From assembly GCF_006345805.1 (NCBI RefSeq), contig NC_043015.1, positions 46,562,001 through 46,626,000 on the forward strand: a stretch of 64,000 nt of DNA, written 5' to 3'. The notes below the pieces were generated by a model. It made no database searches. It was not told the DNA's origin and worked only from the letters and a program-made list of their open reading frames with translations. Numbering within the stretch: position 1 is the stretch's first letter; each line of letters opens with the position of its first letter. This DNA comes from Octopus sinensis. Taxonomy: Eukaryota. Both the position numbers and the translations under genes were made by a program. Positions 26,846-40,592 of this stretch are shown here, one piece after another.

Positions 26846-27574
26846 ATAATTTCTGTTACTATTCAACATTAAAAACAAAATAAAAATAACTACAAAACAA
26901 AAAACCTCCCAAAAAAAACTACAAAAAAAATAATAAAACAAAAATGTCTGACGAAAAAAAAAGAACGATAATAAAAAATTTAATTGCTTGTAGTAAACTG
27001 GAATAGTAGTAACACGTTTAAAATTCTCTTTGAATGTATCGATGTAAAAATAAAGCTTGATTTCAAAGAAAGTTTACTGCTGATTGATATTGATAGTTTA
27101 TTTTTATATCCATTTTTCTGAGTCCGATTAGGCGAAATAATGCAGACATTGACGTCTAATGAGACAAAATCATTGCTAAAGACTGACAATGCTCACTTCC
27201 CTTTGCTTTGTTATCCTTCGCTCTCTCCTCAGACTTTGGTCAAGGGAAACTAGACGAAGATCCGTTCAATACTCCATTTCAATTATTGCTTTTAGTAATC
27301 AAAAAGGTAACGAGAAATAAACGGAAAGTGTGTGTATGTATGAAGGACGTGCCGAGGAACAGTTTGCAAGACAGGTGCATCCAGTTTACCATAGTTTGTT
27401 CAGATGAGCAATGTCTGGCCTTTGCAAAAGAAGATACAGATTTAAAAAAAGGCTTTATGCAGATCGATGGTTTTCTTTTAGATGAATGCTGGTGAAAAAA
27501 AGGTTTACTTTTCCTTCAATGCAGTCCAGAATATGTCTGCACGTGCACAGAGACGCAGTTGATATTTTTCTAAT

Positions 27575-27765
27575 CTTTTACTCGTTTCATTCACGCGGCC
27601 ATGCTGGAGCACGGCTTGTAGGAATTTTTTAATCGAACTATTTGACCCCAGAATTTACTTTCTTTTTAATTCCGGTAATTTTATTCTATCGGTCCTTTTT
27701 TGCCAAAGCGCTAATTTACGGGGGGATGTAAGCACACCAACACCAGTTGTTACTTTTAAATAAAG

Positions 27766-27798
<33 letters not shown>

Positions 27799-27800
27799 TA

Positions 27801-27859
<59 letters not shown>

Positions 27860-28343
27860 CGCAGGAGTGGCTACGTAGTAAGTAGCTTGCTTACCAACCA
27901 AAGCCCGTTGTGTATATATTTATATGTGTGTGTGTGTGTTTGTTGCCCCCCCCCCGCCCCCACACACACACAAACAACTTTCGTTTCATTCACGCGGCCA
28001 TGCTGGAGCACGGCTGGTAGGAATTTTTAATCGAACTATTTGACCACAGTACTTACTTTCTTTTTAATTCTAGTAATTATTCTATCGGTCTTTTTTTGCC
28101 AAAGCGCTAAGTTACGGGGGATGTAAGCACACCAACACCAGTCGTCAAGCGATGGTAGGGGACAAACAGCGACACAAAGACACACACAGGCGTGGGTGGG
28201 CGTTAAGAAGCTTGCTTCCCAACCACGAGGTTCCAGGTTCAGTCTCACTACGTGGCACTTTGGACAAATGTCTTCTGTTATAGCATTGGGTTGACCAAAG
28301 TCTTGTGGGTAGATTTGGTAGACGGATACTGAAAGAAGCCCGT

Positions 28344-28385
<42 letters not shown>

Positions 28386-29114
28386 ATAGGCGCAGGAGTG
28401 GCTATGTGGTGAGTAGCTTGCTTAGCAACCAAAGAAGCCCTTTGTGTATATATTTATGTGTGTGTGTGTTTGTCCCCCGCCTACCTTCGCTTGACAACCG
28501 ATGCTGGTGATTATGTCCTCGTAACTTAACAGTTCGTCAAAAGAGACCAATAGAATAAGTACAAAGCTTACAAAGAATAAGTCCTAGGGTTGATTTCCTC
28601 GACTAAAGGCAGTGCTCCAGCATGGCCACAGTCAAATGACTGAAACAAATAAAAGAATATATGTGTGTATGGGTGTATATATATGTGTGTGTGTATGTGT
28701 CTTTGTATCTGTTTGTCCCCCCCCACTCCTATCACCGTCTGACAACCAGCGTTGGTGTGTTTATGTCCCCACAACTAAGCTGTTCGGCAAAAAGATAATT
28801 ACAGAATAAGTATTTGGCTTAAAGATAAATCTTGGAGTCAATTTGTTCGACTAAACAAACCCGTCAAGGTGGTGCTCCAGCATGACCGCAGTCATGCGAC
28901 TGAATCAAGTAAACAAATATACATACATAGATAGGCGCAGGAGTGGCTGTGTGGTAAGTAGCTTGCTAACCAACCATATGTTTCCGGGTTCAGTCCCACT
29001 GCGTGGCATCTTGGGCAAGTGTATTCTACTATAGCCTCGGGCCGACCAAAGCCTTGTGAGTGGATTTGGTAGACGGAAACTGAAAGAAGCCTGTCGTATA
29101 TATGTATGTATGTG

Positions 29115-29147
<33 letters not shown>

Positions 29148-29520
29148 ATATGTTTGTGTGTCTGTGTTTGTCCCTCTAGCATTGCTTGACAACCGATGCT
29201 GGTGTGTTTATGTCCCCGTCACTTAGTGGTTCGGCAAAAGAGACCAATAGAATAAGTACTGGGCTTACAAGGAATAAGTCCCGGGGTCGATTTGCTCGAC
29301 TAAAAGGCAGTGCTCCAGCATGGCCGCAGTCAAAATGACTGAAACAAGTAAAAGAGAGAGAGTATAAACGACGGGAGTCTTACAGTTTCCGTCAACCAAA
29401 TCCATTCACAAAGATTTAGTTAGCCCGAGGTTATTGTAGAAAACATTTGCTGAGGGATTGAACCCAGTACCATGTGGTTGGGAAACAAGCTTTTTACCAC
29501 ACAGCCACACCTACACCTAT
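27575..29520. mobile_element. Cluster of nested, partly duplicated SINE A copies in both orientations
   Basis: Full copy at 28933-29358(+), with truncated copies at ~27580-28480, 28540-28915 and 29365-29520. Confidence 0.85.
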
Positions 29521-29812
29521 ATTTAAGACATTTTTTACAGAATCTATTTATTTTATCAGTGTACAAGGGAAAGTGAATTGGCTTTATTCAAAGAGAGCAG
29601 GGAAGGAGGGGACTCTCAGTTCAGAGATTAAAGAGATGAGTAGGATTATCTTTATTCTTTTATTTGTTTCGGTCATTGGACTGCAGCCATACTGGGGAAC
29701 AACCTTGCAGGGTTTTAAGCAAACAAACCAACTCCAGCACTCATTTTCCCGAAACCCTGAGTTATGGGAATGCAAACAAACCATCAACAGTTGTCAAACA
29801 GTGGGAGGGGAC

Positions 29813-30066
29813 ATGGCCGTGCCGGTGGCACGTAAAATGCACCAATCCGACCGTGACCGTTGCCAGCCCCGTCTGGCACCTGTGCAGGTGGCACGTAAAA
29901 AGCACCCACTACACTCACGGAGTGGTTGGCGTTAGGAAGGGCATCCAGCTGTAGAAACACTGCCAGATCAGACTGGAGCCTGGTGCAGCCTTCTGGCTTC
30001 CCAGATCCCCGGTCGAACCGTCCAACCAATGCTAGCATGGAAAGCGGACGTTAAACGATGATGATA
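29813..30066 (+). mobile_element. SINE family D 3' part with (GAT)n tail (representative copy)
   Basis: GTGGCACGTAAAAAGCACC...GGAGTGGTTGGCGTTAGGAAGGGCATCCAGC...GGACGTTAAAC(GAT)n. Other copies at ~32020-32295(+), 38893-39100(+), 43285-43525(-), 48770-49370(+), 57586-57915(-). Confidence 0.85.
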
Positions 30067-30082
30067 TATATATATATGTGTG

Positions 30083-30118
<36 letters not shown>

Positions 30119-31169
30119 TATATATCCGCGATGAGGAATCAGTTTCTGACTGAAGAACGAAGGCTTTGAGTGACCCGTTTGTCTTTTTGTTCGTCCCTTC
30201 GTGTATTTCACGTTATTTATTTATGTAAAGGTTTATTATATATATATATATATATATACATACATACATATATATATATATATCACCGTGACTGACCAGG
30301 CTATCAGATGTTGCTACACATCATTGGTCACAATGTGCTTCGCATTGTTTTTTCGTTTTCAAATGACGCCAGCCCGCTGGCTAAGAGAGCAGGCCAACAG
30401 AAGAAAGAGTGAGAGAATGTTGTGGCGAAAGAGTACAGCAGGGATCATGCACCACCCCCTGCAGGAGCCTCGTGTCGCTTTTAGGTGTTTTCGCTCAATA
30501 TACACTCACAACGCCTGGTCTGGGAATCGAAACCGCGATCCTACGACTGCGAGTCCAATATATATATATATATACACCATGGCCACGGCAGCAGTGGTAG
30601 CAGCAGCGCCAGAGCAGTGGCAATGGCAGCGGCAGAATAGTGGCAACGGCAGCGGTATCAGAGCAGTAAATATATATATATATATATATGCTGTTATGAT
30701 GAGAAATAGTTTCTGACAAAAAAAAATAATAATAAATTAAATAAAATCATTTTATTCAGCATTGTAAGCATTTGAAGCACAAATGTAAACATGTCTGTTT
30801 TTATTGGAAATGGCTGACTACCAGCCTTCAACAAAAGTATTACAATAAAGCACCTGAGCCAGAAGTTGCAATGATGATTGCATACCATTCATCAGTGCTG
30901 TAGCCATTTAGCATTTAGACTACTCTGTCAAATTTAATGCTTATTTATTCATGTTCATCATCATCATCATCATCATTTAACATATGCTCTCCATGCTGGC
31001 ATGGGTCGGATGGTTTGGCATGGAGCCTGCTAGCAGGGAGCTGTTTGGATTGGAACTGTCTGTTATGGCATGATTTCTACGTCTGGATGCCCTTCCTAAT
31101 GCCAATCACTTAACAGAGTGTGCTGTTAATCCAATGCCATAATAATAATAGTAATAATAATGATAGCAA

Positions 31170-31482
31170 AAGGGGCTGATTGCTACCTAACTCGGATACC
31201 AGGAAACCCCAAAATGGCAGAAATTCAAAATATAGTGCTCTTGGGAGCTGCTCATATCCTTTGTAATCTCAAGTTTTAAAACAAACATAATTTTCGTATG
31301 GTTTTTTAGGCATTCACTAGTACAACACTAAGTACAAAACCAAATATATGGCACCCTAGGCATAACACCAACATGAACTTCCAACTTGTTGTCTCTTGAG
31401 GTCTCTGGGTGAGACTTGGAGCCAGCTTGTGCAAATGTAGAGCAAAAGTCAAACATAGAATAATAATAATAATAATAATAAT
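31170..31482 (+). mobile_element. R4/Dong-like LINE 3' fragment
   Basis: Encodes PGNPKMAEIQNIVLLGAAHIL, like the C-terminus of RLE-clade LINEs, followed by an (AAT)n tail. Confidence 0.55.
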
Positions 31483-32769
31483 AAATGTAGCACCGACACA
31501 GGTGTGTTAATGCAGCACCAGCACAGGTGCTTTTTAAATGGTATGAGCACCTGAAAGGACAAGCCTATATGTGTGGAAGACAGACAGCAATTGTACTAAG
31601 CTTGATCATGTATTATCTCATAGTTTTGAGGTTTTGATGATGTGATTGCTCATAGACATTGTAGGATAAGTGTAAGAGGCCAGATCTGGCTGTTTGAACA
31701 TAAAACAGGTAAAATATTTGACCTGTATATGACCAGTTTAAATACTAAAATGTTAAAGATTTAGTCTTTAATTGGTGCTTAATAGACCCTTACTGGATGA
31801 CAGGGAAATTTAAACAGCAGAGGCATAATTTACTGACACTCCATCGGTTATGCCGAGAATTGTTCCAGTTGATCCAATTAATGGAACAGCCTGCTCTTGA
31901 AATTAACATGCAAGTTACTGAACACTCCACAAACATGTGTACTCTTAATGTAATTCTCAGAGAGATTCAGCATGACACAGAATATAAGATTACCATTCAA
32001 GCGTGATCGTTACCAAAGTCGCCTTACTGGCATCTGTGATGGTGGCATGTGTAAAAGGATTCGAGCAAGGTCGTTGCCTGTACCGCCTGACTGGCCCCCA
32101 TGCAGGTGGCATGTAAAAAGCACCCACTGCACTCTCGGAGTGGTTGGCTTTAGGGAGGGCATCCAGCTGTAGAAACTCTGCCAAATTAAGATTGGAGCCT
32201 GGTGCAGCCATCTGGTTCGCCAGCCTTCAGTCAAAATCGTCCAACCCATGCTAGCATGGAAAGCAGACGTTAAACAATGATGATGATGATGATGATATAC
32301 CTTTGAATTACAGAAAAAAAACTCATTTTTGTGAGCTGAGCCATAATTATTTCTTCAATAACCAGATCAATATCAATTATCAGTCATCAATTATCAATAC
32401 AAAACTGCTCCCACCCACAAGCTTGTTTTTTTTTTTCAGCCCAACTGCTCATCATTTCATTGCAGCTATCATTGAGAGAAGATCCATCAGTGAAACCAGA
32501 GCTTGTTTGGATGGGATTGATCAACAAGTCAGCATTGCAGCAGGATTGATATCCTACAAAGCTCTGTCTTCTAGATGGAGCTATGTCTTCAGATGTGATC
32601 ATGCCAGTTCAACCACCAGATGTCTGATTCCAATTATAACAAGAGCATTCAGAGTGTGCAAACCTCCACCAAAGCAGCACCAACATCCTCTCAATGATTA
32701 GCCAGAGATGCTTTTAAAATGAGAATATCTGAAATAAACTTGACTGCTCTCACAAACGAGAATATCTGA

Positions 32770-33010
32770 AATAAACCCAACCCCTCTCAAAAGTTAAGTA
32801 AAAAAAAACAGGAAAAATAATCCAGAATCCTTGTCCAGTACCGTATCCATCCCAAAATCTAATCACTTTGTGCCAATCATGAGGCCAAACATCCCTGAAA
32901 GTTTCATCCAAATCTATCCAGTGGTTCTTGAGATATTTTGTCCAAGGACAAACCAACAAACAAACACAACTGAAAACAATACCTCCACCTTCACTAAGGC
33001 AGAGGTAATA
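32770..33010. mobile_element. Helentron/DINE-1-like non-autonomous element
   Basis: Internal (CAAA)n tract and terminal hairpin ACCTCCACCTT-CACT-AAGGCAGAGGT followed by AA. Confidence 0.5.
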
Positions 33011-33476
33011 AAGCATAGAATTGATTAGTTTCACATAATTGATCTTTGGCTTATATTTATGAATGAGTGTGGCAGTATTGTAGCCTACAATCTACAATAT
33101 GGCTGAAGATTCCTTTCATCCTTCCAGAGTTAATAAAGTACCTATCAAGTAGTAAGGTTAATTTAATCCACTAATTAATTTAATCCCTCTCCAAATTTCA
33201 GGCTTTGTATATATATTTGTTGTTGTTGTTTTTTGCTATATTTTCTTCTTTCCATTTTGTTTGTATTTCTTGTCAAGTGTCTTCCCAACACCAAGGGTAA
33301 AGAAACTCACTATATACATCAATAGGCCATAAAAAAAAAACACCACATTGCTTATTTACAAAATCAAATAAAGTCATGTAGAAAAAATTATTTACATGGA
33401 TGGTAGTCATTTTGACAGTGACAATCCTCTTCTCAATACCTGTGATGTACCAATTTACGTAAAGCAATCTTATGTA

Positions 33477-34041
33477 TTGGGTTATTTGGAAAGTTTCTGC
33501 CGATTTATAGTAGCTTACCTTTCGACTTATTTTAGAACATGTTGAGTCCATAAAATAGGATTTGACTACACCTCCATTTAGAGAACAGTTTAAGCTATCT
33601 TTTCATGAAAGAAGGTTTATGTTCCTATAACCTGTGTTAATTCTGTAACCCTTTAAAATGAAAGATAAGAAAGTTCATTTTTGGCACATGATGCTTTGGG
33701 AACCAGACAAAAATTGCTGCAGATCAGCTGGGATGTGTTACCCCACCCTGCATATTCACCAGATATTGCTCCTTCGGATTTCCACTTATTCAGGTCTCTG
33801 CAGAATAGTCTTAATGGTAAAAATTTCAATCCCTTGGGTGACGTAAAAAGATACCTTGATGAATTCTTTTCCATGAAACCACCTCAATTCTGGGAAGAGG
33901 GTATTTTCAAGTTAAAGGAAAGATGGAGACGCATTGTGCAAGAAAATGGTTCATATTTGGTTGATTAAAAATGTAATGGCGAGTATTTATTGACCTTTTT
34001 CTTTCCTTTAAAAATTGGCATGAACTTTCCAGACAACCCAA
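33477..34041 (+). mobile_element. Internally deleted mariner element
   Basis: TIRs TTGGGTTATTTGGAAAGTT / AACTTTCCAGACAACCCAA with TA TSD. The transposase start MKDKKVHF is fused to the C-terminal WDVLPHPAYSPDIAPSDFHLF...WRRIVQENGSY. Confidence 0.9.
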
Positions 34042-34044
34042 TAC

Positions 34045-34450
34045 TTCTTCCTAAGAGGCAAACATTCTGCAGAATCTCTACAGGACATTACATTCCAATT
34101 TCCTTTAATCATGTGCCAGTGACATCACTCCCCAATCCCTAATGTACTAATTATCACCAGTATAACCTTTACAGATTTCATGTTCCAAATCCTCACAATC
34201 TCAAATTTTAAGGGGCTGTATTTTTTCAACTTTTTATCTTTCTTCACAATCCTGAAATCGAATGGACATGGTAGATCAATCAGAAAACAAATTCCATTTC
34301 TGTTATTGTAATGTCTGATTTCTATCTTCTTAACTGCTTGAAATGGAAAATCTCACAAAATCTTGCATGTTTCCAACTTAAGTATTCTTCCTACCTGATG
34401 ATTGTACCATGTACTTCTTGCTTCAAACCCCAACTTCTTTCAAAGCTTCC
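34045..34450 (-). mobile_element. R4/Dong-like LINE endonuclease-region fragment
   Basis: Degraded minus-strand translation IDLPCPFDFRIVKK...KYSPLKFEIVRIWNMKSVKVILVIISTLG. Confidence 0.55.
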
Positions 34451-34465
34451 AGTGTATTATTATTA

Positions 34466-34496
<31 letters not shown>

Positions 34497-34748
34497 CAAG
34501 TGAGAGAGCAGCTCCCACCATCAAAGTGACACTGGGGTAAAATATACGAAGGACATTGGTGTTGCCTTAGTGGATGTTTTCACCCTCTGAGTGCTCTTGT
34601 TATTATTCCTTCATAATCATCTGACAAGTCACAATAAGGACCTCAGACAGATAATACTTTCTTTAAGATGTGCGCTGTGCCAAATAAGGCTGCTGTTTGC
34701 AAGACATCAATTTTGCATGGGATTTCCAGTTGCCTTAAAGAGTCTTAA

Positions 34749-34968
34749 CCCTTTGGTGTTTAAACCGGCCATATCCGGCCCAAATATTCTGCATGTTTTA
34801 TATTCAAACTGGCCATATCTAGCCTCTCACACCTAACCTATAGTGACACTCTAAAAATAAACAATCATATCATTGAAACCTCAAAGCTATAACATAATGC
34901 ATGATTAATTCAAAACAATTTGAGTGAAAAAGTATTACATTCGATAGAGAAATTTGAACACCAAAGGG
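34749..34968. mobile_element. piggyBac-type MITE
   Basis: TTAA-CCCTTTGGTGTT...AACACCAAAGGG-TTAA. Related copies at ~15249-15466, 19455-19640 and 31600-31755. Confidence 0.8.
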
Positions 34969-35870
34969 TTAAAGTTTCAATGGGATTGAACCCAATGCTC
35001 CGATTACCACTGATATCACTTTTACACGGCTCTTATTATAGCATAAAGAAGATTATTATTATTAAGGTGGTAAGCTGGCAAAGCCGTTAGCACGCCGGGC
35101 AAAATGTTTAGTGGCATTTCATCCATCATCACCTCCTGAGTTCAAATTCCACTGAGGTCAGCTTTCATTCTTTTGGGGTCAATATATTAATGCCAGTGAA
35201 ACACTGGGGTTGATGTAATCGACTAGTCCCCTCTCCCTCAAATTTCAGGCTTTGTGCCTTTAGTAGAAAGGATTATTATTATTATTATTATTAGTATTCA
35301 TATACACACAACAGATTAGATTATTGGAAAAGAAAAATTCCTAACATCAGACTACAACAAGTAACCTTAGATGCCACAAACCCTCTCAAGTATCCTACCT
35401 GTCCCTAGCAACACCGATTATTATTATATTATTTTTATTATTATTATTATTATTAATTAGTCATTTGGTTTGAGTATCAAAGTCTCAACTTTTGACCTTT
35501 TCTACTGATCTTGTCTGCATCTCAATAAATAAATAAATAAGATAAATATTTATTTATTTTGTGCACAGTTGCAATGAACAGAATTGCTTAGCTGACATTT
35601 CATGATTGAAAGCGTCTGTTAATGGTTGATCAACTCTGTTGGTTTCGAGTGGGAAAGATTGGAAGTTGCAACGTTCATGCCTTTTTGCAAATATATTTAT
35701 GGAGTAAGGGAAAAACCCTGTCTAGGAATGAAACGTAGGTCACACATTCGGTTTATATGGTATGGATGTACAATCACTTTTTTTGTATGATTTATAATGC
35801 TATGGGTAAATACCTAGAAAGAAAGAAAGAAAGGAAAGAAGAGAGAGAGAGAGAGAGAAAGAAAGAAAGG

Positions 35871-35908
<38 letters not shown>

Positions 35909-36183
35909 CTGTGTGTGTATGTGTGGTCAAAAAGTTTTATCAATATATGTTTCTTTATTACCCACAAGGGGCTAAACACAGAGGGGACAAACAAGGACAG
36001 ACAAACGGATTAAGTCTATTACATCGACCCCAGTGCGTAACTGGCGCTTAATTTATTGACCCCGAAAGGATGAAAGGCAAAGTCGACCTCGGCAGAATTT
36101 GAACTCAGGACGTAACGGCAGACGAAATAAGACTACGCATTTCGCCCGGTGTGCTAACGGTTCTGCCAGCTCGGACAACAATA

Positions 36184-36429
36184 CTGGGTTGGTGCATAAT
36201 CATTGCGGCTATTTTTCAACAAATTTTATTCAACAAAAACAATAACAATATTTAACAAAAAACATCTTTAAATGATTATTCCAGCTGCCAAGCAAATGGG
36301 AAGCAGTAATTGAAGTAGATGGTGAATATGCTCCAGAATAATCATTTAAAGATGTTTTAGTTACATGTTATTATTTTTGTTGAATAAAATTTGTTGAAAG
36401 AAAGTTGCAACATTTATACACCAACCCAA
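36184..36429. mobile_element. Mariner-derived MITE
   Basis: Long degenerate TIRs (TGGGTTGGTG...CACCAACCCA) with TA flanks; retains the transposase tail LPSKWEAVIEVDGEY. Confidence 0.75.
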
Positions 36430-36489
36430 TATTTATCCAATAGCTAGAAGTCTCACTGGACTTATATAAGCTTGTCAGTCATACTATAA

Positions 36490-36872
36490 TACTTACTTAC
36501 TTGTGGCGATATTCACCCTGGGCGGGTTGAGTCAGCTTCTTTTACCACCCTCAAGGCATCTTGAACCATGGCAGCCCATGCATGACGGTCCTGTGCCAGT
36601 TCACTGGAGATAATGAACCAGTCACGGTTCCATCGGTGCAGGCCAACCACCTGCGGTCCCGTGAGCACGGAGAGGTCCTTCTTGATCGTTGTAACCCAGG
36701 TCTTCAGCTGCCCGCCTGCGCGTTTCTGCCAGTTGGGAAGTTGAGTTGGGAGAAGGACATCACGGCTCAGTTCACCCACCAGACGCCTACATGCATGGCC
36801 AAACCACCACAAGCGCCGTTGCAGAAGGACAGATGGAAGAGGCCACAGAAGCCTGTCTCTGCAGCCCCTTCC
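36490..36872 (-). mobile_element. RTE-clade LINE 3' end
   Basis: LLQRRLWWFGHACRR...RAGGQLKTWVTTIKKDL...AQDRHAW and a (TAAG)n tail; a related remnant lies at ~56050-56300. Confidence 0.85.
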
Positions 36873-37284
36873 ATCTGTCCATACTATAATAGGGATGGGT
36901 TTTGTTGGAAAATTTGTTTTGTCTTGTGATTGCTGGCAGTTGTTATGAGGTAAATAATTCACTATGGTATAGCAACATTTATGTAACAAATAAATGGCAA
37001 AACATAGCAAAGAGGTTAATATAATGCATACCAAAAGCCTCTTTTTTAGTGCTATAGGTTAAGGAGCACACACATTCACCAGCTTGCAGTCGTTCCTTTC
37101 TCAGCCAAGCCATCTGGTACCAAATGTCTAGCCATATATCTTGCTAAACATACAGAGTGTTTGGGCTAAATTTTACAGCTTGCATAAAAGGAAAAGAAAG
37201 CACAATATCCCATCTGAAGGTAAAAGCGTTTTAAAAAATCAAAAATTATCAACTAGATTATACTTAGGAGATAACAGTTTACTT

Positions 37285-37712
37285 GAAGTAGCTGCCCTCA
37301 GCTTACACCATGACCTCAAGATGGTTCAGGAACCTAGTATATGCATCTCTCACTGTATCCCTGGAGAGATCATCAAACAGCTCCTTGATCCTGGCCACTA
37401 ACTTGGCCTTGGTGCAGCAGGCAGAGCAGTTGATGTCTTTCTCAACCATTCCCCACGCAGAGCACTCCTTGGGATTATAATCAAGGGATATAGAAGGACA
37501 GAAATTGGGGCTGGTGAAGTTGTATAAATTATCATCAGACAACCCCTTCTGACTCTTTCTGGGGATATGACAAGGAGATGAATCCTGCTGCTGCACATAT
37601 GACGACCTTCCAGCAGTAACCCTCAACACCCAGAGTTTGACTTCAGTCTCCAGAAGTTTCTCATAGCCATCTGAATTGAGCCTTAAGGCCCTATTTAAAG
37701 ATGTGGGGCAGC
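37285..37712 (-). mobile_element. Tc1/mariner (maT-like) transposase fragment
   Basis: YVQQQDSSPCH...NFTSPNFCPSISLDYNPKECSAWGMVEK, a degenerate QQDxAPxH / WPPxSPDxNP. Confidence 0.7.
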
Positions 37713-38279
37713 ATGATGCACTGGTATGGACAACTCCTCCATCTCCTGCTAGATCATCCTACCAGGGCTTTACTTTCATTTGACACAGCAGCTGCGGGCT
37801 GGAAGAGGCCTCATGGCAGGCCCTGCACCAGATAATTGGTCATGATTGGGGAAGATCTCCAGAGGATCAACATCACTTTGGAGAATGCAGAGGGGCTGGC
37901 ACAGGACCACCAGTGATGGAAAGCGCTGTTGGATCTGGTTAGCTCTACGCATGACAACATCTATAGATCATCAGCTCTGTGGCTCATCAGATCCAGTCAA
38001 ACCATACAACCCATGCCAGCATGGAAAACAGACATTAAATGATGATGATGTCTTCAAAGTATTTCATATAAATCTTGGCTTCTTCCAATGGCTAGATTCT
38101 AACCCAGGCCACAGCAACGAAATCCACCTACCACACCTCCTGGTGCAGCATCACTGCCTTGAGGTCCTGGACACATTCCAGGCCTGTGTCTGCAATCGAG
38201 TTATCAATTTAAGTGTGACAATGTTTTCCTTTTCTTACATCACCATGAAATGAGTTCTGCAAGATTAATTTGGATGCTT

Positions 38280-38790
38280 ACAGTTCAGAGTGGCACATGC
38301 ACTGACCAGATAGTTACAGCCATCTTTGCCTGATATTCTCACTAACTTTTGGCAGGTTTCCATAAAAGCTTTCATTTGTCGTATGTTGCTGCCATTTCAC
38401 ATTTAGAGCCATTTGTAGCATCCTTGTGTAGCAGCCATCTAGCCTGTTTGATAATTTCCTCTCACTGTTCACGTTCCACTGCCATATAATACCTATTTCT
38501 GTACTACCCACAAGGGGCTAAACGCAGAGAGGACAAACAAGGACAGACAAATGGATCAAGTCGATTACATCGACTCCAGTGCGCAACTGGTACTTATTTA
38601 AATGACCCCGAAAGGATGAAAGGCAATTTCCTCGGCGGAATTTGAACTCAGAATGTGAAGACAGACGAAATACCGCCAAGCATTCCGTCCGGCGTGCTAA
38701 CGATTCTGCCAGCTCGCTGCCATATAAAACCACTGATTCAACAGTAATAATGAAGGACCCATAACTATCTCTTCTACTTACTGGTGTGGT
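38280..38790 (-). mobile_element. RTE-clade LINE fragment interrupted by SINE B
   Basis: RLDGCYTRMLQMALNVKWQQH...YGNLPKVSENIRQR on one side of the SINE and TVESVVLYG on the other. Confidence 0.7.
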
Positions 38791-39098
38791 AGTATGCCTT
38801 ATTTTTCCATCTGGCAGTGAGCCATTGTCAGTTGCCTATGGTAGTCTCACACTATCTTTTTTGTTTTATCTTATTTTATTTATACATTGAGCATGGCCAT
38901 TGCCAGTACCACCAGACTGGCCCTCGTGTCGGTGGCACGTAAAAGCACCCACTACACCCTCGGAGTGGTTGGCGTTAGGAAGGGTATCCAGCTGTAGAAA
39001 CTCTGCCAGATCAGATTGGAGCCTGGTGCAGCAATCTGGTTCGCCAGTCCTCAGTCAAATCGTCCAACCCATGCCAGCATGGAAAGCGGACGTTAAAG

Positions 39099-39214
39099 GA
39101 TGATGATGATGATGATGATGATGGTGATGGTGATGACGATGGTGATGATGATGATGATGATGGTGGTGATGGTGATGATGATGATGGTGGTGATGGTGAT
39201 GATGATGGTAGTGG

Positions 39215-39246
<32 letters not shown>

Positions 39247-39322
39247 ATGATGATGATGATAGTGATGATGATGATGGTGGTGGCGATGATGATGGTGATG
39301 GTGGTGGTGGTGATGATGATGG

Positions 39323-39353
<31 letters not shown>

Positions 39354-39572
39354 GATGATGATGATGATAGTGATGATGATGATGGTGGTGGCGATGATGA
39401 TGGTGATGGTGGTGGTGGTGATGATGATGATGATGGTGGTGGTGATGATGATGATGATTGTGGTGGTGGTGGTGATGATGATGATGATAGTGATGATGAT
39501 GATGGTGGTGGCGATGATGATGATGATGGTGGTGGTGATGGTGGTGGTGGTGATGATGATGATGATGATGAT
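39099..39572. repeat. (GAT/GGT)n compound trinucleotide expansion
   Basis: About 470 bp directly continuing the (GAT)n tail of the SINE D copy at 38893-39100. Confidence 0.95.
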
Positions 39573-40592
39573 TTATTTGTTAGTTATTATTTTTTGTCTT
39601 GTCAGATGTTGAAAACTCTGACCACACAAGGTGCACTTTTTATCATTGTTTTCATAATGATGAACAAGTTCCTCTCCAACCTCACTTTTGAGACAAGGAA
39701 GAATAACATTCAGTAGCAATACAAGAATTAAAAAAAACAACAACAACAATCCAAACGTGAATAATTGGCAACTTTATTTAATATCACAAGAACAATTAAT
39801 TCTTACAACAACCTTCCTACAAGATGACTACAAAAAAATATTATACATTATGATTTAATGGCTAAGATTTTAATGTAAATTATATCAAACATTATAAGCT
39901 TATATATTATTCAGGGCTGACAACAACAGCTGGATTATTTGGACAAAAATTCAATTATTATACAACACAATATACATATATTTTTCATGTAGGTTTAAAA
40001 CCATATACTTTTAGTTTCAGAAGTAAAATGTTATTGATATACTTTCTTCACAATATCATTAACTATATAAATATGTTAAAATAACTTTGCTCAGGAATGA
40101 AAATCTATTCACAGCCTTTCTTCAGCAGGCACTCAACCATAAAAATACATAAGTAATATAAAAGTATGTTTGTTTCTGTGGCTAAGTGGCACAGTATGAA
40201 GAAATTTCAACAACAAACCTTTAAAATAAAATCACCGAGATTTTTGGAACTGTCCTTATATGTCTACTATGAAATAGGAAATATTTCAACATGATCAATA
40301 TTGAGTTATATATGCTTGTATTATCGAATCTCTATTTTCTCTTTATTTCCTTTTACTTTTTTCAGTTATCTTCACATGCTGTATTTCCATATGCACAAAC
40401 ACAATAATTCATGCAATAATGCACACTACATGCATTACTAATCCCTTCAATTATAGGCACAAGACCTGAAATTTTATGGGATGGGCTACTTGGTTACATC
40501 AACCCCAGAAAAATGAAAGGCAAAGATGAAGATGAAATGCTGCTAAACATTTTGTTTGGCATGTTAATGATTCTGCCAGCTAGCTGCCTTAA

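Noticed and set aside
30124-30240. CTGAAGA in a small insert between (TA)n tracts (similarly CTGATGA at ~4951)
   Set aside because: No GAAA or stem III; at most degenerate Penelope-like remnants.
39100-39612. 170-aa poly-Met/Val ORF (likewise the poly-Val ORF at 55396-55794)
   Set aside because: Trinucleotide repeat artefacts.
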